In this document: piece by piece, positions 39,101-54,575 of the stretch
Numbering within the stretch: position 1 is the first letter of the stretch
Layout: every line of letters begins with the position of its first letter
Source: Chrysomallon squamiferum
Lineage: Eukaryota; Animalia; Mollusca
NCBI GenBank assembly: GCA_012295275.1
Contig: CM022670.1
Coordinates: 19,778,001 to 19,842,000 of the forward strand
Direction of reading: 5' to 3'
DNA: 64,000 nucleotides
Translations under genes and position numbers: made by a program
Notes under the pieces: generated by a model
Seen by the model: only the letters and a program-made list of their open reading frames with translations
What the model was told of the DNA's origin: nothing
Databases searched by the model: none

Positions 39101-42100
39101 TTTTATTTTCTAAGCTCATTAAGAAATCTTTTTCAATGACTGTTTATTCTTCATGCAAATATTCTAACCTCTGAGTCAAAGTCTGATTTTTTCTCAAAGT
39201 AGCAATAAAAAAACAATTAAACCTCTTATTACTAATTTAAACCATCACTTCCTCCCAACATACCAAGACAAATTCTATCTGATCACACCTTCATAAAAAA
39301 TTTTTCAAAATAACTTTTTGATATTTGTTAATGTAGAAAGCAAATCACATTGCATATTTTTATTTCAACCATAAACATACAGTAGGCATCTTTAGCAGGC
39401 AAAAAAAAAGCACCAACATCTTACAAAAATTATATGTTATCTTCTTCTACGGAAAAATGCAGATATCTTTGTAAGAAAAAACTTTAAAAAAAAAATAACA
39501 AGAAGAACCTTAAGAATCTTCAAAGAAAACACTTGATTACACCCACAGGATCTTAACTTCAGTAATTTCAACACACTCAAAAAAAATCCATGACTCTTTC
39601 CACTCACTAAATTATGATATTGCCTTTTCCATTTTAATTTCACCCACTGAAATTTGATTTGAATTAATTCAATAGCAGCATATCAATGACATGACTCGTT
39701 CGGAAATTGGCTGACAAACTAAGCAAGTGTTCTTTCAAGTGGATTTCAAATCTAGTTAGGCTCGCGTTGTGAAAATGAAGTTGGTACAAGCCATGGGTGA
39801 AGCTTCGGGACTGTGCCTCCAAGCCGATCAGAAGCTTAATCACACCTTTAATCATGTGATAATCAAGGCTAACACTAATGAATTTCCCATCTGTCTCTTG
39901 CGATGACAGTGCAGACAAACTGAAATTCGTTAATTGTGGTGAGAAATCCAGTGATGCCGTCTTGTTGGAGATATAAAACTTCATTAAAGCCAGGTCTCAG
40001 CCAATGTAAAAGATTTGAAATTCTGTTAATTCTTCTGTCTTCGTCAGGGTTTTTTTTTTTTTTTTTTCTGTCTGAAGACAAAGTGTTAATTTGTAAATGT
40101 GAACATCTTTAAAAACTGGATTGACTGACTCACAGACTTTATCTCAGTCTATGTGCCAACTTGAAATATTTATTCTAAGTAGATTTAAAAATTATGAAAT
40201 AATTAATTATAATGATTTTTATTACTAGGGCAATTAATGTTTATTGACAGTATGTATAGAAAATTATTATAATTAATTTTAATTTTTTATTTATATAAAT
40301 TACACTTCTATTAAAATATCTAGTCAACATTATCAAGGTTTTTTAATTTTTTAATTTATTTATTATTTTGTTATTATTACCTTTTTTTTTTTTTTTAATA
40401 TATACTGTACTTTCTCTTCATTTTTTATTAATTAAAGTATCAGAATAAAATCATGTTTATTTTTATTACTGCACTGAATTCTTCTTTCTCTTTATAATTT
40501 CTTTATTTTAGTAAATATATATAAAAGCATGGTATCAGTTCAGCATTAAAAAGAAAAACACAAGCAGTTCATATCTTACAATAATGAAATATTAATTTTA
40601 TATTACAGTATAATTATTCATTTTTATATGACTATAATCCCAATGTATAAACATACACTTTCACATATAAGCATTCTGACAAAATAAGAAAACTGGGGTT
40701 TCAAATCAAATGATCCATTTCTTAACTAAAATATGTATTAGAAATAATGCTACTCAGGTTAATGTGTGTGTGTGTGTGTGTGTTTAAAAGAAATAACATT
40801 TTAAGTAATCATATAACATTAAAAGAATGCCAAAGTGTAATTATTCTGTGCATTAACCACCAGAAGGAAACGAGAGACAAAATCAAAAAGAGAGAAACAG
40901 ACAGAAGAAAGAAATTAAACACATTCAAAAAAATTATAAATAAATAAGAAAAACATAAATAAATAAATTTAAAACCTTAAATAGGCTTGAAAAAACCTGT
41001 ATATAGTAAAAAGTAAAGATAATCTTCTACAACAAATTTTTTTAAATCAATATTTTGTTTTTAAGTTCTAAATCATTTACATTTTGTATTTAAAAAAGAA
41101 AACAAATTACACAGACACACACACAAACACTTTTATAATCATTCCTTTGTATAAAGATGACTGTTGTGAAAATGGTTAAATATAAAGGCTGTATAAGCAA
41201 TCTGATCCCAGTCAAGAAAATGTGAAAGGTGGAATACCCTTTTTATTACAGAATAACATAGGTCTGGTAATTGACATGTCAGATTCAATATCTCGTGTTT
41301 AATGTACGCATGTTAGTAAAAACTGTAAACCGAAACAACAACACTCAGTTAAACAACAATAATCCCTTCAGTCTGAACTGATAATGAAAAAATTTTGTTG
41401 CTGTTTTGGAGATGTTTTTTTTCAAAATAGTTTTGTTTCTTAATTTTTAAGATTTTAAGATTTATTATTAGCAGTACTTAATTCTGATATTCGAATTTAT
41501 ACAGAATTTTATATATATGTGTATATATATATATATACACACACCATTTTTTTTTTTCAGATCTAGATAATAAAATGTCCTAGTTGGGATAAAAATTATT
41601 TCCAAGTTTAGTACCTTGAGATACTGAATTAATGTATGTATAGTGAATAGAAACAGATGTATCAAATTTTGGTACAGTCAGTTGCTAAAGATTAAATACC
41701 TTGTTGTAAATCTTGTTCCAGTTCAGATATTCAAATTTATAGACAAACACTGTATTTTTGAAAAAGTGAAATCTAATTTGTATTTAAACATATCTTAATT
41801 TCAATAGACACCCTTTATATGTATGTATATAGCTATTCAGAACAAGCAAATATTAATATTCAAGAAATGCAATTGGTATAATATCATTGCAATTGAGGTA
41901 ACAATTTTATATTCATAGTGTGATCTATTTTAGACTTTAAATTATCACAGCCGTCATTTTTAACAGGACTTATAGAAGTGTATTTCCTACCATAACTGAA
42001 TTTTAATGGGTTATAGTATAATTAAATTTAAATACTCACAAAAGCTGCTTTTGCAGCCAACTCAATCATGTTCAAATTACCACCATTAACAGATGAATAT

Positions 42101-42226
42101 ACTTGTATAAAATGTAAAAGTGATAAACCATTAACATTTTAGTTGTTGATTTAGCTTTCAAATCCATGGGAAAGGATTATGTTTCTATATATCTATGTAT
42201 AAATATCTATATATGTATCTAAATCC

Positions 42227-42257
<31 letters not shown>

Positions 42258-42381
42258 GGTGTGTGATATTATGTCAGTCACAAAGGTCAACTGTCATAAA
42301 AAAATGACTTGAAATAAATTTTACCTTCAAAGTATATTTGAAATAAATAAGAATTAATAATAAAAAGATAAAAGAAGCTAA

Positions 42382-42416
<35 letters not shown>

Positions 42417-42857
42417 AATTTAAAATACAATGAAAATGCTCTAAACACATTGTTGTTTTCACTAAATGTAAGGTGTCTGTCATCTTACTTGAGTACAATA
42501 GAATTTCATTGTGTTAATTCTTTAAAATATAGGACAAAAATGTGTTTTTACAGTTCTTTAAGGTTTAGTGATAATTATATTATTTCATGAGTTAAGGATG
42601 CTAATTTTGCAGTGACTTTTTAAGATGGTTTTAAGGTATTATGTCTGTTTTAGCTAAAACAAATCAGGTTATGTCAAAGCTTTTGTAACAATTAATGATG
42701 TGTGTGTGTGTTCTATATTATAATGTATTTACTTTATGTTGTCTTAACTTAAGTAATGTTTTAAACATTTATAAATTTTAAAATTCCACTGATTAAAAAC
42801 AAAACTATCTCATAGATCATTTAAAAGAGGGTACATTTTCTGCCTTTTTTTCAAGGA

Positions 42858-42898
<41 letters not shown>

Positions 42899-44193
42899 AT
42901 TTATTTTATTTTATTGAACTTTTTTTGATCATTTAATTATGTGTCAAATGTTTAGATAAATTTATATTTTATAGTAAAACATTTTAGATACATGAATGGA
43001 ATAATTATAATTTCTTTTTCTGTTTTAAATCATTATAATGATTTTGATTCTAATGAATATAGTGTTTTCAGAAATGTTTTTGATAAATATGTATTAAGAA
43101 AAGAAAAAAAAAGAAATAATTACACAAGTTGGATTTTTACAAATTATTAAGTGCAAAATAATAATGATGAATAATAATATGGGATAGTATTTTTGATTAC
43201 CTGCACAGAATCATTAATATGTAACTTATGTCACAAAAAACCCACATATTACTAATAAAAAAAAAAAAAATAATAATATAATACCTTTTAATATATATTT
43301 TGATGGCTAAAAATTTCTTTTATAAATATAAAGTGGGTTTATTTTTATCTTCCATATCTAAAAAAATAAAAAAAATAAAAAATAATCATCTCTATAATAT
43401 TTGATCATAAAAACCTGTCCTCCTTGCTCATAAGATCCATTGAACAATGAATGTATGATTTTATGCGAGTGACGACGTGTCACAAAAATAAAAATCTCTA
43501 ACCCATCTGTGTTATTTGTGTTCTCTCTTTTGTCCACAAGCTGACATGGACGAAAGCTGTTTTTACAGCCAACTCAATTATGTTCAAATTAGTACCTCTG
43601 ACAGATGAATTCATTTTTATAAAACGTGGAAGGATTCTCAACATTCTTTGCACTACTGGCAGCTCGCTTGCCAAGAACAATTGAAGAGTCAATTAACTGA
43701 TTTACCTTTTATTATTCAATTTCCACGATATCGTATAATTTTATCAAACTGCGACAAATAAAACTTGCAGATTTATGGCCGTTGACAGGTCAGTGTGTTT
43801 GCAAATTTCCGTCAGAAGAATATGATTAGGCTGTGAACGGAATTAGAAAGGCTGTGTATTTAACAGTTTTCACAAAGGAACTGGATTGCCATCACTCCAG
43901 TCACTGGTATTCTATGGTGATAAAAATGCACAGAAGTGTACATCGCCAGTTGTGTTATTAAATTTGCACCACACTGTTATCATCCAATCACCATCTGCTT
44001 CCATAATGAGCATTGTGCTGGAGACACAGTGTTTCTAAGATACTCACTAACTGACATCAGCTTACACTGACATCCTAAACAAGTCTCAAGATATATGATT
44101 ACTTTGCAGAATTATTTCCCCTCCAATGCAGTTGTAATTAAATTATCAACTCATACAATAGACCTTTTTGTATCATGGGAACACAATATGGAA

Positions 44194-44235
<42 letters not shown>

Positions 44236-47200
44236 AAATTCATCTGAAAATGGAAAATCTAGCATACAAACATGTATTCAAAACCTTAATATTGACAGAA
44301 AAATTTAGTTCTACTTGAATGTAAAACTGTAAAGATTATTTATTCATTTCTGTTTGAAAGTGGTATGTAAAGATTTTAAGATCATTCTTCATGGAGATTT
44401 TTATTTTGAAAAAGTAAAAAAATGTTTATGTTGTTCTACCTGTTTCCAGATGTATTTATGTTTAAATTTAATTACAGAGGAAATAATTCCACCATAAAAT
44501 ACAGACAAATATTCCTATGCATGAACAGATTTCTATCATTACACTTATGAGGTTTTTTAAAATTATTTTTGGAAGAAGGCTGTAAAGTCAGTGGTTTTAA
44601 TGTTTGAAGCATGGATTTGCTGCAGTGTAAATCTACAAGACATTTTATACGATACTTAATAAAAAAGTAAAAGATGTTTCCTGCTAATGTTGGCCAATGT
44701 AAATAAATACACAACTAACCTGCTAAGTTTCTCCAGTTTTTCCAGTTCCAAATTAAGATGTGCCTCAATTTCTCCTGACCTAAGTGTAAGGCCACAGACT
44801 GGACAGCAAGGAGCCTGGCCATCAAGTACATTACGTTTTCTTTGCTCTGAAAAATAACAATAAAATTTAATTTTTAGTTCAAAATTTATGGCTGTAGTTA
44901 AATAATTTAGTGAAGGATTAATCCTGAAATTAAGAAATAATATTTATATAATTTTATTTTTAAAAGTACAAAATTAAATCACTGTTACTGAAATTTAAGA
45001 AAAAAAATTCAGTTAGCTTTGAAATTAAAGAAAACATTTTACTGACAAGAGACATAATAAAAGATAAGAAACAAATTGATAAAAAAAAAAAAAGAAAGAA
45101 AGAAAAATATAGAGATAGTGAGTGAAAAATAGAATTTCTACTGGAGTAACAAGAGCTTTGATGGGAAAATAAGAAATATAAATATTTGGTAATATTATTT
45201 GAATATTTATTCAAAATATGGTCTATTTGAGCAAAGGTTTTTTTTAAATGGAAATAATATTTTTCATGGATTTGGCCCAAAAAGCATCATTTCCAGAATT
45301 AAGTACGTTATTCACTCCATCAGAAACCTCTGATAACCTAACAAAAAATGTAATTTCATGTGTTATGTTTCCAAGAGAGGTATGTATCACAACAGCTTGT
45401 TCCTGTTAAGACATAAAATATTTGTGCCGACTTATCTCATTGTAAAAACTGGAATTCAATAGCCATTATTCTTAATATTTGTTTTTACATTAAAACAAAA
45501 TTAATTTGTTAAATAGAAAGAAAAAAACACAACTTAATAATTATGGAGGTTAAATACAGATTTGTTGTTAAATCAATAAACTATAACATTTTATTAACCA
45601 CTAAATTCAGAGCTGATTGTTGGGATTTGATTTTTTAGCAATTTATAGACAGAAGTAGTAATAAATATAATGTTTGTGATAACCCCCAAAAAAAAAAAAA
45701 AAAAAAGAAAAAGAAGAAGTAACAGTGAAGACTGTAACTGTTATCTACTGATTCATTATTAAAATTAATAAATCCTAATCTGGCAGTTACAGATATATTT
45801 GTTGCTTTTATGAATAAATAAAAATTTCTGTAATGCAAACAATAAACGTATAATTAAAAAGAAAATAATAAAATGTTTGTACAGCACATTAATTACATGA
45901 AGCCAAACATTTGTCTTTGGAGAAAATAATACAGTTTTTATGCTAACAACAGCAATCTTCTACACATACTTTCCATTATACATTAAAGAAAATGCTTGGT
46001 ATTTGATAGTTGATCATGAAACTACTTGACATTACAGGTTTTGGAAGATCAATTCTACAATATGTTACATCTGAAGTGAGTACTCCAACTAAAATATGTT
46101 TTAGTATTCCTTTTAGATACAGGAAAAATGAAAATGTTTCATCTTATGATATACTCAGTTATCAATTTACTTTATGACAATTACGTATGGCATCATATAT
46201 ATACTCAAGAACCATATAGGAAGAAAATTAACTGTCATCCTGGAATGAGTTACTCTTTTTTTCTTAACAGTAAGAAATGTTTTACATGCACCTGCTCACA
46301 GACAGGAGATACCAACAATGGCCTTTGATGATCCAGTTGCAGAGCCAGTAAGGAAATAACACATTAGGTCTAATGAGGACTTACACACAACATAAGCCTT
46401 ACAATAGCATAAAACAACAAACTGACTGACTTCTTTTTTTCTTATTTGTTAAACCTATATAACCTGTTATTCAGGGTTCAAACTGAAATAAAATAAAAAA
46501 AGTTATAACCTTTTTCCCTTACATGAATGCTATTCACTAAAAAATTTATTTCTAAATTTGATTTAAACACATTAACAGTTCTTAAAAGATATTTAGCTCG
46601 ACAAGCATTAAATAACTACTAAATGACATGGACTGAATGTTCAAACAGGAATACTACATTTGTATTCTTTACAATTCTGTGGTATTTTATCTATGAACAA
46701 TTTATTAAATGAGGCACTGAGATAATATGTACAAATATTCTAAATAATTGTAATTTTACTTTGTTAACAATAAAGAATGAAGATAACATTTATCTTTTCT
46801 TTTTTCTAAATCTATAACAGTAAGTGATAGAAATGTATAAAATTATATAAAATAAATTAATTAATTAATTAAAATAATAATAATTGATTATTTAAAAAAT
46901 CTCAGACAGTAATTGAAAGTAAACATGACAAAACTGACAATTTTTCAATGTATCAACTTTTGCTTGTTGTTAATATCTATTATTATGTGCCTAAATACAA
47001 GAAAAATTATTTTAAAAACCCAGAATATTGTATTTTTACATGGACTTAGTTTAGTACATGGTTAACTTTACTATTTGCTTCCAGCTTAAAACATTCACTT
47101 AGATGTATATCAACCATTTCTTAATTTAGCTAGATATATGCTTTACAATGTCACTCTGAAAATAACAAGACATTTTCTTTTTTCACTTTAAATTTGTGTG

Positions 47201-47549
47201 TATGTCTGAGTTTAGTTTATTTCTTTGTTCTGGGTTATTTTGGACCTGATTTAATTTTTAATCTTTTGTTTTATAATTTTACCATTTTTATATCATGTTA
47301 ATAATGAAGCATAAATTTATAAATAATATTTTTTCAAAAAGACCATAATGTAACTAATTATCATCTCTTTTTTGTGTGCATTCAGTTTCATTTTGCTTTT
47401 ACCACATGTAATATAACATTATAGAGTTTTATTATGATCAAAGTCAAATTAAATAGCACAATGATCCTTGTTTCAGTAATGCAGTTCTTTCTGTTTAATC
47501 TAGTTATGTGCTTACAAAAAAAAAAAGTAATAAATAAATAAAGAAAGAA

Positions 47550-47604
<55 letters not shown>

Positions 47605-48186
47605 GAAATTAATTAATTAATAAATAAATTTTAAAAAGTCAAATTATAAAATATTTATTATTAAACAAAAGATTTGACAATAAGTTAATCTTTGACTCAA
47701 TGACAATTCACCATTTCTCACTGGCATTATTGTTTGTTTTCTTTTCTCTAAATATACTTTTTGAAGTTAAACAGAAAAACATGAAAGACATGACAAAGAA
47801 TATGAATCAGAATTTGAATGAAGAAATGAAAGTACAAATGAATATATAAAAGTTTGTGAAGGTTACTAAAATGATTTAAGAATTTTATCTGTACAAAAAT
47901 ATAAAAATGTAAGTTTGATAAAATGAATCAGTCTTATGGATATAATGAATCAAAACAAAATTAATGTCAATATTATAAGGTTATAAAAGAGCCCTGATCA
48001 GCCATGAGAAACAACAAAATATTAATGAAAATGAATGTTTAACAACACTTCATTTTTTTTGTATTAATGCTTACTAAATGTCATTTGTTTGATTCTACAT
48101 AAGAGTATCAGATACAGTGGGGCCTTTTTTTATTAGTAATCTGAAAGGAATCTTTTAAATATACCTTCCATGGGCATGGTATCACA

Positions 48187-48217
<31 letters not shown>

Positions 48218-50726
48218 ATTTGAAGTAGTTGTTGTAGTAGTAGTAGTAGTAGCAGCAGCAGCAGCAGTAGTAGTTAAAGTAGTCTTTACATGTTTTTGGT
48301 TTTCTGTATTATTTATTTAGTCCATTCACAATATATTACATAACACTAACTGTAACTGTTGCATTTAATTGGAAACCACTTTCTATACTGCTTGATAATC
48401 TGAGCATCAGTAAAACAATGCATTATTCCTTTGCCTGAAATATGCTTTGATAAATCTTTGATGTCAACTCAATACTCCTCTGTACAATGAAATTCACGCA
48501 GTGGAAGAATTAGTAAATAAATCCAGCCCTTACTCAACTCATAATTTACGATGGAGGGGCCATAAATTATTCACCATCTTTGGCAGAAGGTGTAATTTCT
48601 TGCAAATCCCTTTTCTCTCTGAAAGCCCAACCTGGTCAAACAGTTAAATAAAAGAGCAAAGAAAACCGCTCGACCACGCGACAACTCAGGTGTCAATCCG
48701 ATTGACAGCTATCACAGTGGTGTCGCTGAAGGTGGCGTGTACGAGGGGCAAGCGATTTTTATTCAGTGAGCTTGCTAATTTTGTCATCAGAAGTGGATTA
48801 CTCAGGGATTGTCTCGGCATGAATAAAGCAATGCAGTGATCAGGAGGAAAATCTTTAGTTAATTACAGAATCAAATGGCATTTGTGAACCTTGCGCAAGT
48901 AGTTTGATTTTTACAGTCAGGAACGCTCATTTCCTTTGAGAGATCAAAAAAGCCTGTCGTAATCTCAGAGATAATGCCTGTCATAGAAATATTCCAGAAA
49001 AATAGTAAACAGTTTTATATCACTGCTCATTATAAAAATCTACTATTATCAGACAGCACCAATCTCAGTGCTCATCAAAATCATATTGTGCAGCAAAAGA
49101 GAGAAGATATGAATACTAAAACCTGATAACAGTGTAAAGATTTTCAAATATATATAAACAGATATGCACATGCACACATATACATACAAACACACAAATG
49201 TGTATCATAACCCAGATCAGCAGCATGTGCTAAAAAATGTTTTTATAAAAACAAACATAATTATTTATAATAGATCAATATTATATTTTAAGATGTTTGG
49301 TGTAAATATGAAGATTGTTGTATTTCTAATATTGATTCTGTATCTTATTTTTTTGTTTATGTGTGCACTGCACTGAAAACACCAGGATTACTTGATCTCA
49401 ACATTATCAGTTAAACTGTAATTTAGAACATGTCCTTAAATTGATGCAACATCATGCAAAATTAATTCAGATATTTAAATGTATACTTTGGCTAAATGTA
49501 AAACAACAGAATCTATAAAATATACAAAATGTGTGACATTATATAAATGTAAACCAACACTATCTGTAAAACATACAAAATGTTTTTTGAGAGATTATAT
49601 AAATGTAAAGCAACATAATGTTTAAAATATACAAAATGTGTGTGAGCCATATAAATGTAAAACAACAATCTATGAAATAAACTGTGTGGGAGACACTATA
49701 TAAATGTAAAACAACATATAAAATATACAAAATGTGTGTGAGAGATTATATAAATGTAAAGCAACATAATCATAATGTATAAAGTTTACAAAATGTAGGA
49801 GACACTATATAAATGTAAAACAACATAAAATATACAAAATGTGTGTGAGCCATATTAATGTAAAACAACAATCTATAAAATAAACAAAATATGTGTGAGA
49901 TATGCAATAATATAAAGGCAAAGCAATTCTGAAATTAGGCCTTTTACTTTGATAAATTATTTCCCAATAAGCATTTCTGAGATAAGACTGCACGCTACTG
50001 TCACCCCCAACTTGCTAAACAAACATAAAACATAATACCGTTTGATAAAGTGCACGTGTTTCATGATATCTGTAAATCCAAGTTTAGTGTGTATACAAAT
50101 GACAGAAGCTTATTGCCTTATGAGATATGGTGTAAAGTTCTGTAGTAGGTAAACATATTGATAATCCAATGGAAGTTAATTTAACAGTGGTTATTGCAAA
50201 TCAAATCTGTGATAAGTTTGTGTGATAAAGAAGAATAAGAATAGTAAAGTATGATTAATAGTATTATGGCAGTAGTAGCAGCAGCAGCAGTAGAGTAGTA
50301 ATGGTAGTTATAACTGTAATAACAGTAACAATTATTACTGCAATAATAAGATTAAGGGAAAAAAATATAATTAGTACCAAAAGATTCATCATTTATATAT
50401 TTAAGACAAATGAATAAAACAACTTTGCAAAATAAAATAAATATTTATAATAAATACTTTATTATCATCAAAGTTTGTATGTAAAACATCACATGGATGT
50501 ATGCAAAATCCATTCACACCTTTAGGTAGCATCACCAAAAATACACGTTAAATTTAACACTGTAACAGGAATGATCAGATATGAGAATGCTTTGACATAT
50601 AACATATGTACATATAATTTTTCCTGAGATGCACATCCTCTCTATGTAAGAGTGAATATAAAAGATCCATTGCAGGTTCTGACAAGTGTAACCAACAGCA
50701 GTGATTTTCTTCTTTTTTTCCATTTT

Positions 50727-50765
<39 letters not shown>

Positions 50766-53700
50766 TCATTATCATATAATATGAAACTGACAACAAGAAC
50801 TAATTTTTCTTATGAATAAACAAGTGAACACTCCAGTGAACCTCAGATTAACTGTAAATAAAAAAGGGTTAAAAAGAAAAAAGGGAAAAGGAAAGCTAAC
50901 ATCCTGTATTGCCAAATCTTTAAAGAAGTCGAGTCCTTAACATATTTATTCATAGAGAAATTGTTGTGGGCTAAAAAGAAGTCAATAAACATGGCTGGGA
51001 GTGGGCCAGTGTGCAAAGTTTCCAGTCAAGCCTATTTACTTGTAATCTACCTATTTTGTGTAGCCCCATCAGTGAGCTTTTTGTGACAGGTCTATCAATG
51101 AACCGGTTGGAAAGGCAGAATGAATGTTATTTTGTATGAATAACTCCATACCCATCTGCCAAATGGTAGGCTATAGAGATGCATGAACAAGCTGACAAAG
51201 TAGTTAATAAATAATGAAGATAAATGACAAAACACAACCTTGATGTGTTTGTCTGAAACGGAGAAAAGATGGGGCAAGTTTGGTTGCTTTCTTTTTCTTA
51301 ATCTCAGGGACTTTCTTAAACATATCAAAACACTGATTGTGACCGTTTCTCTCTTTTTCTTCTTTTTTATCTTGCTATATAATAGCCGAGCTTAAATCCT
51401 CAAGCAAAATGTCTATACAAAAAGCCACTCACTGACTGTCAAACAACATTTGACAGAAGTAACTCTTAGTCTCAAACTCGTTGTTCACAAGAAAAGCAAT
51501 AAAGTTTTGAACTGACTATGATGACAATAAAATAGCAAATTGCTTCAATCAGTTGCCAAGGACATGCAAACCTTTATAACAAAATAAATTCAGAATTAAT
51601 AACAATCAGCTGACAACTATGAAATTCTTATCAAGTACTGAGCTTTAAAAAAGATCTTATCAAAATGCCAATAGAAAAAGACCACAAAAATATCAAGTTT
51701 GTAGCAACACACCAGTTTCATTCGAAAATTGATTTTTCAAAACAATGCATTCAAATAATGTTCTTTGTTAGCAAACATCAGTCAATATGGTGGTAATATA
51801 AAGGTAAGTTTGAAGTTACATATTAGAAATGTGACACATAATGATGTTTTTTTATATTTTATTTTAAATGTTTAAATCTGTGCTATTGTGGTTTTGCACA
51901 AGTGTAACCTAAGATGCTTTTTCTGTGTACAAGGTTATATTGTTTTGGTTGATATTCAAATATTTCTTATCAATCATTTATGCTTATATTTTAAATGTTT
52001 AATATTTTATGATAAAGCTATATATTTGTGTACATACATGTTTATTTATTTTATTATTTATTTGTATTTCATGTCATTCGTTTAAATACTTTTTGTTTCA
52101 ATTTTCTGTTTTAAATTGTAAAAATAATTATTAATTTACATAATAAATTTCAAACTTTAAAAAAATGTACATAAAACATTATGACAATTTTAAAATCTAA
52201 TATAGACAAGAACAATTTATATTTCCATTGCTACTATAAAGAAGAGTATGTAAATCTAGATACATGAAGTAACAAATTCCTGTTGAATAAAAAATAAAAA
52301 AAATAAAATAAATCTTGAAAAATTATCATGTTGGATGACTAGAAGAATAATTTCCCTTTGATACCAGGGTTTAACTCAAAATGAAAGAGTTAAGCAGTTG
52401 AAATCAGGCAGACAGGAATTGCAAAGCTGTCAGTTCTCATGGCTAATAAAAAACTAAATAATGCATGTTTCATGTCAATAGGATCAGAGATCAGTTCCCA
52501 TATTACTCCACTACTTGTGCCCAAACTTCCAGAACAAGTGGCAAACCTATGTGTCATTCGGTAGAGAAACAGTATCACTTGTGCAATAACGGAATGTTTC
52601 TATCACACTAATACCATCTAAGTTGTAGTAATGACTATGTAGCAATTTACTCTGAGCCTTTCTATCAATACAAGCTCCCAGCTGGTTAAACACATATCAA
52701 GACATTGTCAGTGAAGGGTTATTGGGGGATTCGTACCTGATGATCAATCTGAGTTTAACCAGCTCATACCCTGTGATAGAAACCAATGCAAAGCCTAGTA
52801 AAGCTGCGGACAAGTTTTAACAGATCAGGTGGAAAGTGTCTATTACGTGAAATAGGCATTAGAGATAAATATAAATGAGTTTACTGACATCCAGGAGCAA
52901 TCAGTTATCTGGATGGCTGTTTTTAGTAATCACAGCTTCTAACTTGATCTGTGTCAGTGTTAGTACTATCACAACACTTTTTTTAAAGAAATTATCAAAA
53001 GGACACTTTTAGTGAAAAAATATAATGAACTAACATATAAAAGAAATTATATAATAATAATAATAATATTAAAAACATTATTGTTGTTATTATTATTAAT
53101 ATCATTCTACTTTTTTCTACATGTGTGTGTGTATGTTTTAGAAATGAATACCAAAAAAATTAACTTTCTTTATTTGTAGGTTTGGGGGAGATAACTCAGT
53201 ATTTTTGTTGGTCACAAGAACTAAGCTGAATTAGGCCTTTTGTGTGTGTGTGTGTATGTTTGTTTCATAATAGTATATCTTTAATAATTAAAATAATCTG
53301 GCAATTCTGAATATTAATAAAACAATAATTTTATTTAAAACATTATATACTTTCATTTTGAAAGGATATTAAGAGTTTTATATCAATACAAAATAATTTT
53401 AATAACAACTAAACAAATGAAATGACTGCATTACAAAAACAACTATAAGCCAAGAAGAAAACACCTGAGAAAAGTGATATGTACTCATTCACTTTAACAT
53501 TAAAAAAATTAAAAATAAATTATCATAACCCAACTGTATAAAGCAATAAGTGTCATCACGTCATATGATATACAATTGTCTGACAGAAAACTACTCCAGG
53601 TCAGTGAATGTGAACACTCCATTTGAAAATGCAATGTCATGTCATCTTTAAAAAAGTACACAGATACAGTGGCATAGTGAGCACTTGTAAACAAACTGTA

Positions 53701-54199
53701 GTTTTATTCTCTGCTGTCACCAATCTGAGTAATAACAATAATTAAAAATAATGATAATGATACAACAATAATTATTTATAAAATATATCACTGCCTTTAA
53801 TAAATCAATTTTAATGACATACACAGCCATCTGGTTAGATTGGGAAATAACTAAAAGGAAGTTATCCTAAAAGGCCCACCTTGTCCTATCATGTCTCAGC
53901 TGTGAACTCTTAATTGTTAATTTTATCAGAAATGGATCAAGAAAGATTACTGAATTTATTCTTCTCTTAAATAAGTTGTGTTTTAATGTTTTACAATTTG
54001 TGAATGTGTGTGTTAAAAAATAAACAATAGGTTATTTTAAAATACACATTTTTAAATTAATTTTGTCACTTTTTATTTTTGCTCTGAAAAGAAGAGAGAG
54101 AGATAAAAATTTTGATTATTTAAATTTATGAGATTTTTATTTTTAAAATGAATAAATCCGCAAGCATAAAAAAAATTAATAAAAAAAAATTAAAATTAA

Positions 54200-54234
<35 letters not shown>

Positions 54235-54510
54235 AATTTTTTTATCCTATATAATTATTGCGGTTTCCTTTCTTAATGCTGTGTTGCATCATTTATGTGT
54301 ATCTATGTGCAATTTTTTTGGGCCATCTGTAACTTCACATATATTTTTATAATAAGATTTTTATTTCGTATACATGTACGATTCTAAGAATAAGCAAATG
54401 GTTGTGTTCGTGTATGTATGGATATGTACATGTGTAATTCATATATGCACATATGTATACTTGTCCAAGTTTGAGAGTATATGTAACACTGCATGTTTTA
54501 CTTGTAATAT

Positions 54511-54575
<65 letters not shown>

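Noticed and set aside
39664-40081. Overlapping minus-strand ORFs (106 aa and 68 aa) inside RNF220 intron 2
   Set aside because: No recognisable domain, the flanking RNF220 exons join in frame without them, and I saw no convincing splice pair. Treated as a non-coding island.
49494-49925. Regularly spaced TATAAATGTAAAACAACA repeats resembling a CRISPR array
   Set aside because: The intervening segments are similar to each other, the context is a eukaryotic intron, and there are no cas genes. It is a minisatellite.
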